The notes under the pieces are model-generated. The model did not search any database and was not told the DNA's origin. It saw only the letters and a program-made list of their open reading frames with translations. A stretch of 64,000 nt of DNA, taken from positions 64,001 to 128,000 of the forward strand of contig JALGVJ010000004.1 of NCBI GenBank assembly GCA_029838195.1, in the 5' to 3' direction. Positions within the stretch are counted from its first letter, which is position 1; each line of letters starts with the position of its first letter. The DNA comes from Promethearchaeota archaeon (GTDB lineage: Archaea > Asgardarchaeota > Lokiarchaeia > Sigyniarchaeales > SOKP01). A program made the translations under genes and the position numbers. Of the stretch, positions 1 to 9,492 are shown in pieces.

Positions 1-1440
1 ATAGACGATAATTGGCTCTCCAACATCAATAGGCACTTGATTGTTTATCCTCTTGGTTAGAATTTCGATCTGGAGGGGATCAATCCCACTTAAAATGTAT
101 TCTTTTGATTCTTTATTTAGTCTAAATTCCGCAGTAGGATCTGCTTGAAGCCATTTTGAAACCACTTCTCCTAATTTAGCTAAATCTTGAGGATCCTTTG
201 GTTTTATGCTTCTTGACACGACTGCTTCACAAGCATATTGAATCTTTTCAAAAGAAGGAATTAAACTTGCCTCTTCCTTATCTTTTGGAACAGCATTTGC
301 AGCGATGAAGGTCTCACCTGAAGGACAAATAAAACCATATAATGCAAACAAGTTTCCCGCCGGAATTTGAGGAATATCGAGGATATCCGTAATCTCCATT
401 ACACCCAAGCGTTTAATGCGTTTTTTAACTCTTTGGTTTACCAAGTATAAAACTTCGGATAAATCTAAGGTCCCTGAAAACACCCTGCCAATAAGCGTTG
501 GACGATACCCTTGTTTGGGATCCAAAAAGATTTTCGTGATCATCCCATAAAGAGGCCCATTTGGATCACATTTTACGAGAGCTTGTCCTAATTCGGAATT
601 TAAATCGCCCCCCCAAATCTTAGGTATTCGATATTTAGCCGCTTTAATGGGATCGGGTAAGTGATCTACCACCATTCTTAAAATGGGTTCATCAAGGGGC
701 AAATTCTCTCGTAACCAGAGTATATCTCCTTCATTATATTTCTCAAATACGGTTATCGGAGTAATTCCTTTCTCTTTCAAGATTTCATACGTAAATCCCC
801 AACCATGCTTTGCTGAACCGATAGCTACACTATTTTGAGCGAAATCAATGCTCCAATTTGAACCTTTTGGACGAACTTTCTTTATTAAATCATTCACTTG
901 CTTGGTAATCTCATCAATTCGAGCATAGGTCTTCTGAGGAGTTAATTTTAATTCACTAATTAACCGATCCACTTTATTAATAAAGAGTACCGGTTTACAA
1001 TATTCTTCTCCTACAGCAAGGCGTATGTTAGTTTCAGTTTGTGTCATTACACCTTCGAGGGCATCAACTAAAATGATTGCACCATCACTCCCTCGTAAGG
1101 CACGAGACACTTCTCCTGTAAATGAAATGTGCCCCGGCGTGTCATTTATTTGTAAAATATAAGGCTCTTTATCATCAGGTTTGCGTGGATCGGTAAAGGA
1201 AAGGAGAACGACCGAGGTAAATATCGTGATTCCTCTTTCTTGTTCTTCCTCGTCACTATCTGTCATTTGTAGTTGTCCGGCATCCTCTTCGCGCATTAGA
1301 CCCGCCCTTCTCAGCAGATAGTCACTTGCGGTTGTTTTCCCGTGATCTATGTGCGCTACAATTGAGAAAATACGCTTTTTTTCATAACTGCCCTTGGTGA
1401 CTAATCGAGAAATCTCATCAGCGTTTTTTACTTTGACCAT
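1..1440 (-). CDS. Translation elongation factor 2 family GTPase, 3' part outside the window; probably the divergent aEF-2 paralogue
   Basis: Not in the ORF track because it is truncated. Manual translation from ATG 1440 gives MVKVKNADEISRLVTKGSYEKKRIFSIVAHIDHGKTTASDYLLRRAGLM...EEQERGITIF...INDTPGHISFTGEVSRALRGSDG...LFINKVDRLI...GSAKHGW, which contains all EF-2 G1-G5 motifs. Confidence 0.93.
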   Translation of the reverse strand, partial: MVKVKNADEISRLVTKGSYEKKRIFSIVAHIDHGKTTASDYLLRRAGLMREEDAGQLQMTDSDEEEQERGITIFTSVVLLSFTDPRKPDDKEPYILQINDTPGHISFTGEVSRALRGSDGAIILVDALEGVMTQTETNIRLAVGEEYCKPVLFINKVDRLISELKLTPQKTYARIDEITKQVNDLIKKVRPKGSNWSIDFAQNSVAIGSAKHGWGFTYEILKEKGITPITVFEKYNEGDILWLRENLPLDEPILRMVVDHLPDPIKAAKYRIPKIWGGDLNSELGQALVKCDPNGPLYGMITKIFLDPKQGYRPTLIGRVFSGTLDLSEVLYLVNQRVKKRIKRLGVMEITDILDIPQIPAGNLFALYGFICPSGETFIAANAVPKDKEEASLIPSFEKIQYACEAVVSRSIKPKDPQDLAKLGEVVSKWLQADPTAEFRLNKESKEYILSGIDPLQIEILTKRINNQVPIDVGEPIIVY

Positions 1441-2219
1441 TGTTAATTTTCACTTAAAAAAATTCTGATTTTCATAAATCCAAGTTATAATTGAGGGAAA
1501 AAATGATGAAAAAAATAAAAATTTTATGAATATAAGGCATAAAACGCTTTTATTTTGAAGATTTTAAAAATCTTCTCAAATTAGGACAATGGTTTCTAAG
1601 TTTTCAGGAAAATGAGTAAAGTTTTTCCATCTAGATTAGGAGAGATTTTTATGTTGGATGATTTATTCAAAATTTTAATAATTTTTCGAAGCATGAACAT
1701 CGTGTAAAGAGTATAAAAGAGAAGAAAGACATTAATAATGAGAAATATTTGAGCAGAAATACTAACGATAAAATAATGAAAAGTTTCTAAGGGAATATTA
1801 AAAATACGTGCTAAATTTATCCAAAATTGAAAAAACTTGATTGTTGTAGAGAAAGAAAGAAAAAGTTCAATTTAACATTTAATGAAAATCCACCCGATTA
1901 ATCATTAAAGATTCCAAGTTTTAAGAAAATATTTCGAAATAATTTTCATTTTTTCTAAAGAAAATTTTAAAATGGGATGATTTATAGCAATTTCATGAAA
2001 TTTTTTACATTTAAGCTTCACTCGGGAAATAAAATTAGGAATGCATTAAATTTATCAAAAAAGATAAGATAAAAAGACGATAAAAGAAATTATCATGAGG
2101 AAAACATTTGGTTTAAAGGGAGGGATTTTTTTAAGAAATGATGTAAGAAAAAATAAAGTTTATTGAGAAAAAGAAGCATTAGAAAAAAAAATAGTCCATG
2201 ATGATAATTTTTAACTCAA

Positions 2220-2855
2220 TTAAGAGGCAGAGAGGAGATTTTTAATGTGTTTAACACCGTCGACAGCATCGGGGGCAAAATCATCCGCACCAAGCTTTTT
2301 AGCAAGTTCCATGTTTAAGGGGGCTCCTCCTACTATCAATTTCACTTTATCTCTTAACCCCGCTTCCTTAAAAGCTTTATCCACTTCCGTAATTTGTGGA
2401 ACAGTCATGGTTAAAAGCGAGCTCAAACCAATGATTTTTGCTCCAGTTTTCTTAGCTGTTTCGACGAAATCTTTAGGATCAACGTCCATACCCAGATCAA
2501 TCACCTCGTACCCCGAACTTAAAAGAAGAGTCCCCAATAGATTTTTCCCAATATCATGATTGTCCCCCTTTACCGTCCCAATAATGATTTTCTCTTTTTG
2601 TTTGGATTGGTCGCTCTCGGCAATAGCGGGTTTTAGGACATTAAATGCTTCTTTCATGGTCTCTCCCGCTAAGACGAGTTCGGCAAGGTAATAGATGTCT
2701 TGTTCATAGCGGCGGCCAACTTCATCCATGCCTTTTGTTAGGGCGTTGAGGATATCGAAGGGATCCTTACCTTCATCCAAGGCTTCTTTTACTGCATTTA
2801 CTATTTCATCTACTTCTAGTTCTATAACCAATTCTGTAATTTTTTCAAAATCCAT
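2220..2855 (-). CDS. Corrinoid (cobalamin-binding) protein, MtaC/MttC-like
   Basis: N-terminal cap domain plus the B12-binding motif GDNHDIGKN (DxHxxG), LSSLLT and VGGAP. Confidence 0.92.
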   Translation of the reverse strand: MDFEKITELVIELEVDEIVNAVKEALDEGKDPFDILNALTKGMDEVGRRYEQDIYYLAELVLAGETMKEAFNVLKPAIAESDQSKQKEKIIIGTVKGDNHDIGKNLLGTLLLSSGYEVIDLGMDVDPKDFVETAKKTGAKIIGLSSLLTMTVPQITEVDKAFKEAGLRDKVKLIVGGAPLNMELAKKLGADDFAPDAVDGVKHIKNLLSAS

Positions 2856-2969
2856 GTATTATTCACAAACGTTTTATCATTTAAGGTAGATTTAGTTTTT
2901 AAAATATTTAAAGATTAAAAATATTGAGTAATTCATGATCCTTTTCGGGTCCAATTTAGTTCAAGGGGA

Positions 2970-4424
2970 TCAAGAGCAGAAAGGCAATATCATGTTTTTT
3001 AACACGTAAAGAGCTTGCATTCCGGAGTCTGTTTTCACGTTAAAAGCATTTGATAAATTCACGAGTTTTAAATGAGAGGGGAGGTTTTTCTTTACGTGAT
3101 CTTGAAGAAAAGAAAGGAATTGATGATGGGTACGGACGGTTTCAACCCAAAGAAAGCCATTTTTAATCACGTGATTAGGGTTTACTTCTTTAAATTTTTT
3201 GGCGTGTTTTTTAGCCTTAAGAGGCGGTCCTCTCCTGAGGTATGATTTGGAAATTTCGGGATCTTCGCAATAAAGCGCTAAATTGTATTCCTCGCAGTCT
3301 ATAATAAAATATACTTCAAATTCAATCTTACCAAATTTTTTCGCATGAGAAAATTCTTTTTCTCCGTGAATTTTTATGCTTTCTCCTAAAGAATAAAGCT
3401 TGTCTCGAGCAACGGTGTAGTGGAGATTTTCTTTTCCTTTTTTAAATTCGATGATAAAAAGATGGGAGAGAAGGTCTTTATCTTTGGTTAAATCAATTGG
3501 TGGAATGGGAGTAATTTCAAAAAATTTCTTATCTGGTTGGTTTAAAAAAGCATGAATTCGATGATTGCAATAATTATAAGCCTTTTCTGAAATGGCAGAG
3601 GCGACATTTCTATTACTATCAATAGGATCAATTATAAAGAGCCAATCATTTTGAAAATGCCGGATTTGTTTTAATTGTTCTAAAGTGCGATTATTTTTAT
3701 CAAGGGGATATTCTTTAAGAGTCTCAAAATTCTGAAACACGGTAAGCAGCGTTTTATAGAAATAAATTAATAATTCAGCACTATATCCTATGAAGCCTAT
3801 TCTTCCAACAGGGCTTTTATCCCCATAACTGTGACACGCCTTAAAAAATTGCTTTAAAAGTCGAACCTCATTTTTTTGTTGAGTGTTCAATTCTTTTTGA
3901 ATAAAACGACCATGCCAAGGAGTACGATCCACAGCAGTAATGGGACCATATTTATTGATATATTCTAAAGGTAAATCAAAATACAATACGATGTCGATTT
4001 TCACTTTTTTTTCCTTATTAATATAGTCCACGGTGACATATGGGTGTTCTGCGTATAATAATCGAGCATTCTGAAATTCGGGAAGGTTTAGAGAAGGGAG
4101 GAGCCAATCATTGCATAGTCTGAGAAATTCTTTTTTAAATTCTTGTTTTTTTTTACTCTTGCTTAATCCCTTGTATTTTAATTCATAGTTTTCATAATTT
4201 AATCCGATAAAAAAATCAATATCAAAATCATCACGTAATTGGGTTTGTTTAATTCCTGTGGAACCTTGAGGTTCCATCCGAGTATACTGAATATTTAATT
4301 CATCGGCTTTTTTAATTAAAAGAGTGGTTAATAAATTGACGATATCTGAGATGAGTCGTAATTCCTTGGAAGTGGGCTTGATTTCTTCCAAGACATCATT
4401 AAATATTTGCTCAATTGTACTCAT
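2970..4424 (-). CDS. cca: Archaeal class I CCA-adding tRNA nucleotidyltransferase
   Basis: GS..x..DFDID nucleotidyltransferase motif, YAEHPYV, AVDRTPWH, IIDPIDSNRNVASA, RGPP. Confidence 0.9.
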   Translation of the reverse strand: MSTIEQIFNDVLEEIKPTSKELRLISDIVNLLTTLLIKKADELNIQYTRMEPQGSTGIKQTQLRDDFDIDFFIGLNYENYELKYKGLSKSKKKQEFKKEFLRLCNDWLLPSLNLPEFQNARLLYAEHPYVTVDYINKEKKVKIDIVLYFDLPLEYINKYGPITAVDRTPWHGRFIQKELNTQQKNEVRLLKQFFKACHSYGDKSPVGRIGFIGYSAELLIYFYKTLLTVFQNFETLKEYPLDKNNRTLEQLKQIRHFQNDWLFIIDPIDSNRNVASAISEKAYNYCNHRIHAFLNQPDKKFFEITPIPPIDLTKDKDLLSHLFIIEFKKGKENLHYTVARDKLYSLGESIKIHGEKEFSHAKKFGKIEFEVYFIIDCEEYNLALYCEDPEISKSYLRRGPPLKAKKHAKKFKEVNPNHVIKNGFLWVETVRTHHQFLSFLQDHVKKNLPSHLKLVNLSNAFNVKTDSGMQALYVLKNMILPFCS

Positions 4425-4469
4425 TTTTCTAATTTAATAATTTTAATGAAATGGGATGAGAAAAACGAT

Positions 4470-6275
4470 TCACATGCCCCACCAAGGATGTTGGGTTTCT
4501 CTCATCAACTTGATAAATTCTTGAAGGGCTTCTTTTTGGTCAGAAGTTAATTCATTCAAGAATTTGGAGATCAATTGTCTCACGTGAGATTCGGGCACAT
4601 TTACGAATAAGATTTCGTCCTTATCGATATCTCTTCCTATTTCAATTCCTCGGATGGAGATAGCCACCTCAGAGTTCGCATCTGCTTTATCAAGACTCTG
4701 CCCTTTATCTTGTATTTGATGCACGCGCCCGACTTTTTTACCCTTACTCGTGATTAAAGGTACTTTTGGTCTTAAAGTACCTGCTTCTATGCTCACGCCA
4801 AATACAGCCGGATTAGAATGCCGGAAAATGAATTCTGGAAGCATTTTAAGCTTGGCAGGCAATATTAGTTCTCCTAATTCTTTTGCAGTATCTTCTGCTT
4901 TTCTCGTTTCTCTATATTCTATATAATCTTCAAGCAAGCGATAAATCACGTCATTAGTAAAAATGCGCACGTTATCTAAATTAGCCTGCTCTCGAGCTTC
5001 AGGTAGAATGGGAACATTGAATCCTAAAATCACGGCTGAATAGGGATCAAATTGTTTCACGAGATTGGCATTAATCACATCTTCCTTTTTTATTGGCCCA
5101 ACATCCGCAATACTGATTTTGACGCCATTTTGAATGAAATGATTTTCTAATGCTTCTAATGAGCCTAAGGTGTCTGCTTTTAATACTACTCCTGCTTTTT
5201 CTGTTTTGATGCGAATGGCTTGAACCTCCGATTCAATTACTCTATAAACCTCTTCTTCTTCCGCAGAATCGGATATTCCCATGAAGGGAGAGCCTGCAAC
5301 AACATCTTCAATATTCGGTGAGAGGATTTTTACTCCTGCCGCTGCAGAAACCATATCTTGAGAATCGAACTTTTGTCGAGGATCCCGTATCTCATCCAAG
5401 GGTTTAGGAGTCAATAATGCCCGTACTTTTGATTTTACGGGGCCATTCAAGCCTCCTACGATAAAGTCGTCACCTTTTTTCAAAATTCCATCATAGATTA
5501 ACACGTCCATAGTTTTTCCGTATCCTTTCTCTTTCTTAACTTCTAGCACAACTCCTCTTGCGGGGCCTTCTGAAAATTTAAGATTTTCCTTTAGATATTG
5601 TTGGGTTAATCCTAAAAGAATCATGAGCAAGGTAGAGATGCCTTCTCCCGTAACGGCACTTGTCGGGACAATGGCTACTTTCTTTGTAAAATCTTTTATT
5701 TTATCATATCTATCACAGCCTTTAAACCCTTCTTCTAAGAAATCTCCAATTATTTGATAAATTTTTTCATCCAAGTATTCTCTCACGTGAGGCTTTTGTT
5801 TATTATAAGTATCCAAGAAGTCAGCATCTCTAATCGATTTCCACCCCGTAATTCGATCGATTTTATTGGCCGCGATGACGAAAGGAGTTCTTCTTTCCCT
5901 TAAAATTCGCACGGACTCCCAGGTAATGGGCATAGTACCTGCAGTGACATCCACGACTAAAATGGCAATATCTGCTACTGCCCCACCCCGTTTTCTAAGA
6001 TTCATGAAGGCTGCATGACCCGGGGTGTCGACGATGAGAATGCCCGGCACGAAGAATTTTTTTTCTGCAAATTCAGGTTTCGATTTTCTTAAAAATTCAA
6101 CGATGGCTTGGGTAGGAAAATAGGAAGCACCGATGTGTTGGGTGATTCCAGCAGCCTCTCTTTTTTGAACAACCGTGCCTCGAATATAATCCAAGAGCGA
6201 GGTCTTTCCATGATCAATATGGCCCAAAATGCAAGCAATGGGTGCTCTAGTGATTTTTTTTTCTTGCGCTGTCAT
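4470..6275 (-). CDS. infB: Translation initiation factor aIF5B/IF-2
   Basis: GHIDHGKT, GITQHIGA, DTPGH, NKID, KADTLGSLEAL. Start placed at MTAQEKK (ATG 6275) instead of the track start 6305. Confidence 0.96.
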   Translation of the reverse strand: MTAQEKKITRAPIACILGHIDHGKTSLLDYIRGTVVQKREAAGITQHIGASYFPTQAIVEFLRKSKPEFAEKKFFVPGILIVDTPGHAAFMNLRKRGGAVADIAILVVDVTAGTMPITWESVRILRERRTPFVIAANKIDRITGWKSIRDADFLDTYNKQKPHVREYLDEKIYQIIGDFLEEGFKGCDRYDKIKDFTKKVAIVPTSAVTGEGISTLLMILLGLTQQYLKENLKFSEGPARGVVLEVKKEKGYGKTMDVLIYDGILKKGDDFIVGGLNGPVKSKVRALLTPKPLDEIRDPRQKFDSQDMVSAAAGVKILSPNIEDVVAGSPFMGISDSAEEEEVYRVIESEVQAIRIKTEKAGVVLKADTLGSLEALENHFIQNGVKISIADVGPIKKEDVINANLVKQFDPYSAVILGFNVPILPEAREQANLDNVRIFTNDVIYRLLEDYIEYRETRKAEDTAKELGELILPAKLKMLPEFIFRHSNPAVFGVSIEAGTLRPKVPLITSKGKKVGRVHQIQDKGQSLDKADANSEVAISIRGIEIGRDIDKDEILFVNVPESHVRQLISKFLNELTSDQKEALQEFIKLMRETQHPWWGM

Positions 6276-6567
6276 TAAAATCGTCCGCCAACTCACGATA
6301 TACACATGATTTTATTTATTCATGATAAACAAAATTCAAGGTAAGATTAGAATTTTTCCATGAAGCAATGGTTTTACTGGAAAAAAAATGAGACCGTGAT
6401 TTTATTGAATTGAGAGGTAAAGGTATTTTTTTAAAGTATCTGGAGTCATGTAGAAATTTTAATTAATCTTGTTGTTTTCAAGCTTCCCCGAGCACTTTAA
6501 TGAGAAAGATAATTAATTATGGTATGCGTATGTTGGACGTTACATAATTCCTTTCATGAGATAATTT

Positions 6568-9468
6568 TTAATTACATTTCCTTTCCAAATATTTTTTTAA
6601 AAATTGGCCCGTGTAGGAATTTTTGTTTTTAATAATTTCTTCAGGCGTGCCTTCTGCAACGATTTTTCCACCATCTTCGCCCCCTTCTGGTCCCAAGTCA
6701 ATGATATAATCTGCGGATTTTATGATTTCCATGTTATGCTCTATGATTATAACCGTATTTCCTTTATCAACAAGACGTTGCAAAACTTTTAATAGAATTT
6801 GAATATCGTAAACGCTTAGTCCGGTGGTTGGTTCATCCAGAATGTATAATGTATTGCCCGTGCTTTTTTTCCGAAGCTCTCGGGCAATTTTTAATCGCTG
6901 TGATTCACCTCCACTTAATGTGGTTGATGATTGCCCCAGTTCTAAATAGCCTAATCCCACATCGATTACCGTTTTGATGGTATTAGTGAGATTAGGAAAG
7001 TTTTCAAAAAACTTAAGCGCACCGTCAAATGTCAGGGAAAGCACGTCTGAAATGTTTTTATCTTTATACTTGATTTCTAACGTTTCTCGATTATATCGAT
7101 GCCCTTTACACAAATCACATTTAATATAGACATCGGGCAAGAAATACATTTCTTTGAGAATATATCCCGTTCCGTGACATTTCTTGCATTGCCCCGATTT
7201 GTTATTAAATGAAAATCGTCCTTTTTTATATCCTCTTTCTCTAGCTTCTGGCAATGAAGCGAAAATTTCTCGGACGTAATCAAAGGCTTTTGAATAGGTG
7301 GCGGGTACTGATCTTGGAGTTTTTCCTATAGGAGACTGATCAATATTAATCACTTTATCGATTAAATTGGCTCCCATGATTTCATCAAATTCTCCCTCTT
7401 GAAGCGGCTTGCTTCTCACGTTCACGAGGTTATGTAATCCTTTATAAAGACAATCAATGATCAAGCTTGTTTTTCCCGCTCCTGAAACTCCCGTGACGCA
7501 CGTCAATACTCCCAGGGGAATTTTGACATCGATATTTTTTAAATTGTTTTCTCTTGCTCCTTTAATCAGGATATAATTGGGTTCTCCTTTCTCTTGAAAC
7601 TTTACTTCTCTTCTTTTTTTTGGTAATTGAATGCTCGCTGTTCCTGACAGATACTTGCCCGTTAGAGAATCCGCCTTTAAGATGGTGTCCAAAGGGCCTT
7701 GAGCCACAACTTGGCCCCCGTGTTCTCCTGCCCGAGGGCCCAAATCGATGATATGATCTGCATTTCGAATGATGTCTTCATCATGTTCCACCACAACGAC
7801 CGTGTTCCCGAGATCCCTTAGCTTTTTTAGCATTCTGATGAGCCTATCAATATCTCGAGCATGAAGTCCCACGCTAGGTTCATCTAATACATACAAGACA
7901 CCTACTAAACTGGAGCCGAGTTGCGTGGCAAGCCTAATTCTTTCAGCTTCTCCAACGGAGAGCGTATCTGCCCTTCTACTTAATGAGATATAATCCAATC
8001 CCACGTTATTTAAAAAGGATAACCGGGCATTAATTTCCTTCAACACTTCTTTAACAATGGCTTGCTCGGTTTCACTTAATTTTAAGTTCTTAAAGAAATT
8101 GATAGCTTCTTTAACCGATAAATCACTTAACTGGGCGATATTCAACCCATTAATCGTGACAGCTCTGCTTTCCTCTCTTAACCTACTTCCCTTACATTCA
8201 GGACATTCTACTTGGTTCATGAAACTTTCATAAATGATTCGTGCTCGTTCAGAGGAGGTTTCCATATAACGACGATGTAACATGGGAAGAATTCCCTCGA
8301 AAGGTTTTTTAAATTTATAAGAAGATTGAAAAGAGGTTTCAGTCCACCTTGAATTATAATCTCCATTACTTTTAAGATTAAATTCTATGGCTTCTTTACC
8401 CGTTCCAAATAAAATTTTTTTTAATTTTTCTTCATCCAGCTTTTTGATGGGTGTACGTTCCAAATCTATATCATAATGCCTAGCTACTTGTTTAATCATT
8501 TGCCAGCTATATCCATCCAAGGACCCAAATCCCGGAATGTTTCGAATGCCACTCTCTTGTAAGGGTACATCTAAACTAGGCCCTAAAATGAGTTTATAAT
8601 CAAACTCCATTACCATGCCTAAACCGCTGCAATATCGACAGCTACCATGGGGGATGTTAAACGAAAACATCTTATGGTCCAATGGTGGGATAGAAATTTG
8701 ACAATCAACGCATGCTAAATGTTCGGAATAGAGAACTTCTCCTTCTTCAAGGATCTCAATGATAATGATTCCATTTCCTAATTCTAACGCCGTTTCAATA
8801 GAGTCTGCCAATCTGGTTTTAATACCCTCTTTCATGACCAAGCGATCGACAATGATATTAATGTCATGCTTAACATTCTTGTCCATGGGTATTTCTTCAT
8901 CGAGTGTATATTGAATACCATCTACTTCTACTCTCACATATCCTTTCTTTTTCAAGTCCATGAGCAAGTCTCGATATTCTCCTTTTCTATTACGAATAAT
9001 AGGGGCTTTAATCAAAAATTTCTTATTTTCTTGCATGTTGGATAATACTTGTTCGATTATTTGCTGCGGAGTCTGAGGTTTTATTTCTTTTCCACATTTA
9101 GGACAATGCGGAATTCCTACATTCGCATATAACAAACGATAATAATCATATATTTCCGTGACGGTTCCTACCGTGCTTCTCGGATTTTTTGATAAGGGTT
9201 TTTGTTCAATGGCAATAGCCGGTGATAATCCTTCTATGCTATCGACATCCGGTTTATCCATTTCTCCCAAGAATTGGCGTGCATAGCTCGATAAAGATTC
9301 AAGAAATCGTCGCTGTCCTTCTGCATATAAGGTATCCATTGCTAAACTGGATTTACCGCTACCACTGATGCCCGTTATGACAACTAATTTATTTCTTGGG
9401 ATTTCTACATTAATATTTTTTAGATTGTTTTGACGAGCTCCCCTTATAATAATGGCATTATCACTCAT
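6568..9468 (-). CDS. uvrA: Excinuclease ABC subunit A
   Basis: GARQNNLKN, two Walker A motifs (GISGSGKS, GVSGAGKT), zinc fingers, LDEPSVGLH and LDEPTTGL. Confidence 0.97.
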   Translation of the reverse strand: MSDNAIIIRGARQNNLKNINVEIPRNKLVVITGISGSGKSSLAMDTLYAEGQRRFLESLSSYARQFLGEMDKPDVDSIEGLSPAIAIEQKPLSKNPRSTVGTVTEIYDYYRLLYANVGIPHCPKCGKEIKPQTPQQIIEQVLSNMQENKKFLIKAPIIRNRKGEYRDLLMDLKKKGYVRVEVDGIQYTLDEEIPMDKNVKHDINIIVDRLVMKEGIKTRLADSIETALELGNGIIIIEILEEGEVLYSEHLACVDCQISIPPLDHKMFSFNIPHGSCRYCSGLGMVMEFDYKLILGPSLDVPLQESGIRNIPGFGSLDGYSWQMIKQVARHYDIDLERTPIKKLDEEKLKKILFGTGKEAIEFNLKSNGDYNSRWTETSFQSSYKFKKPFEGILPMLHRRYMETSSERARIIYESFMNQVECPECKGSRLREESRAVTINGLNIAQLSDLSVKEAINFFKNLKLSETEQAIVKEVLKEINARLSFLNNVGLDYISLSRRADTLSVGEAERIRLATQLGSSLVGVLYVLDEPSVGLHARDIDRLIRMLKKLRDLGNTVVVVEHDEDIIRNADHIIDLGPRAGEHGGQVVAQGPLDTILKADSLTGKYLSGTASIQLPKKRREVKFQEKGEPNYILIKGARENNLKNIDVKIPLGVLTCVTGVSGAGKTSLIIDCLYKGLHNLVNVRSKPLQEGEFDEIMGANLIDKVINIDQSPIGKTPRSVPATYSKAFDYVREIFASLPEARERGYKKGRFSFNNKSGQCKKCHGTGYILKEMYFLPDVYIKCDLCKGHRYNRETLEIKYKDKNISDVLSLTFDGALKFFENFPNLTNTIKTVIDVGLGYLELGQSSTTLSGGESQRLKIARELRKKSTGNTLYILDEPTTGLSVYDIQILLKVLQRLVDKGNTVIIIEHNMEIIKSADYIIDLGPEGGEDGGKIVAEGTPEEIIKNKNSYTGQFLKKYLERKCN

Positions 9469-9492
9469 GATTTAGCGTACAATAAGATTTTT

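Noticed and set aside
1441-2219. 780-bp intergenic gap as a possible hidden gene
   Set aside because: No ORF of 60 aa or more in the track and no motif in the stretches I translated; very AT-rich. Only the skew and CATG content are notable.
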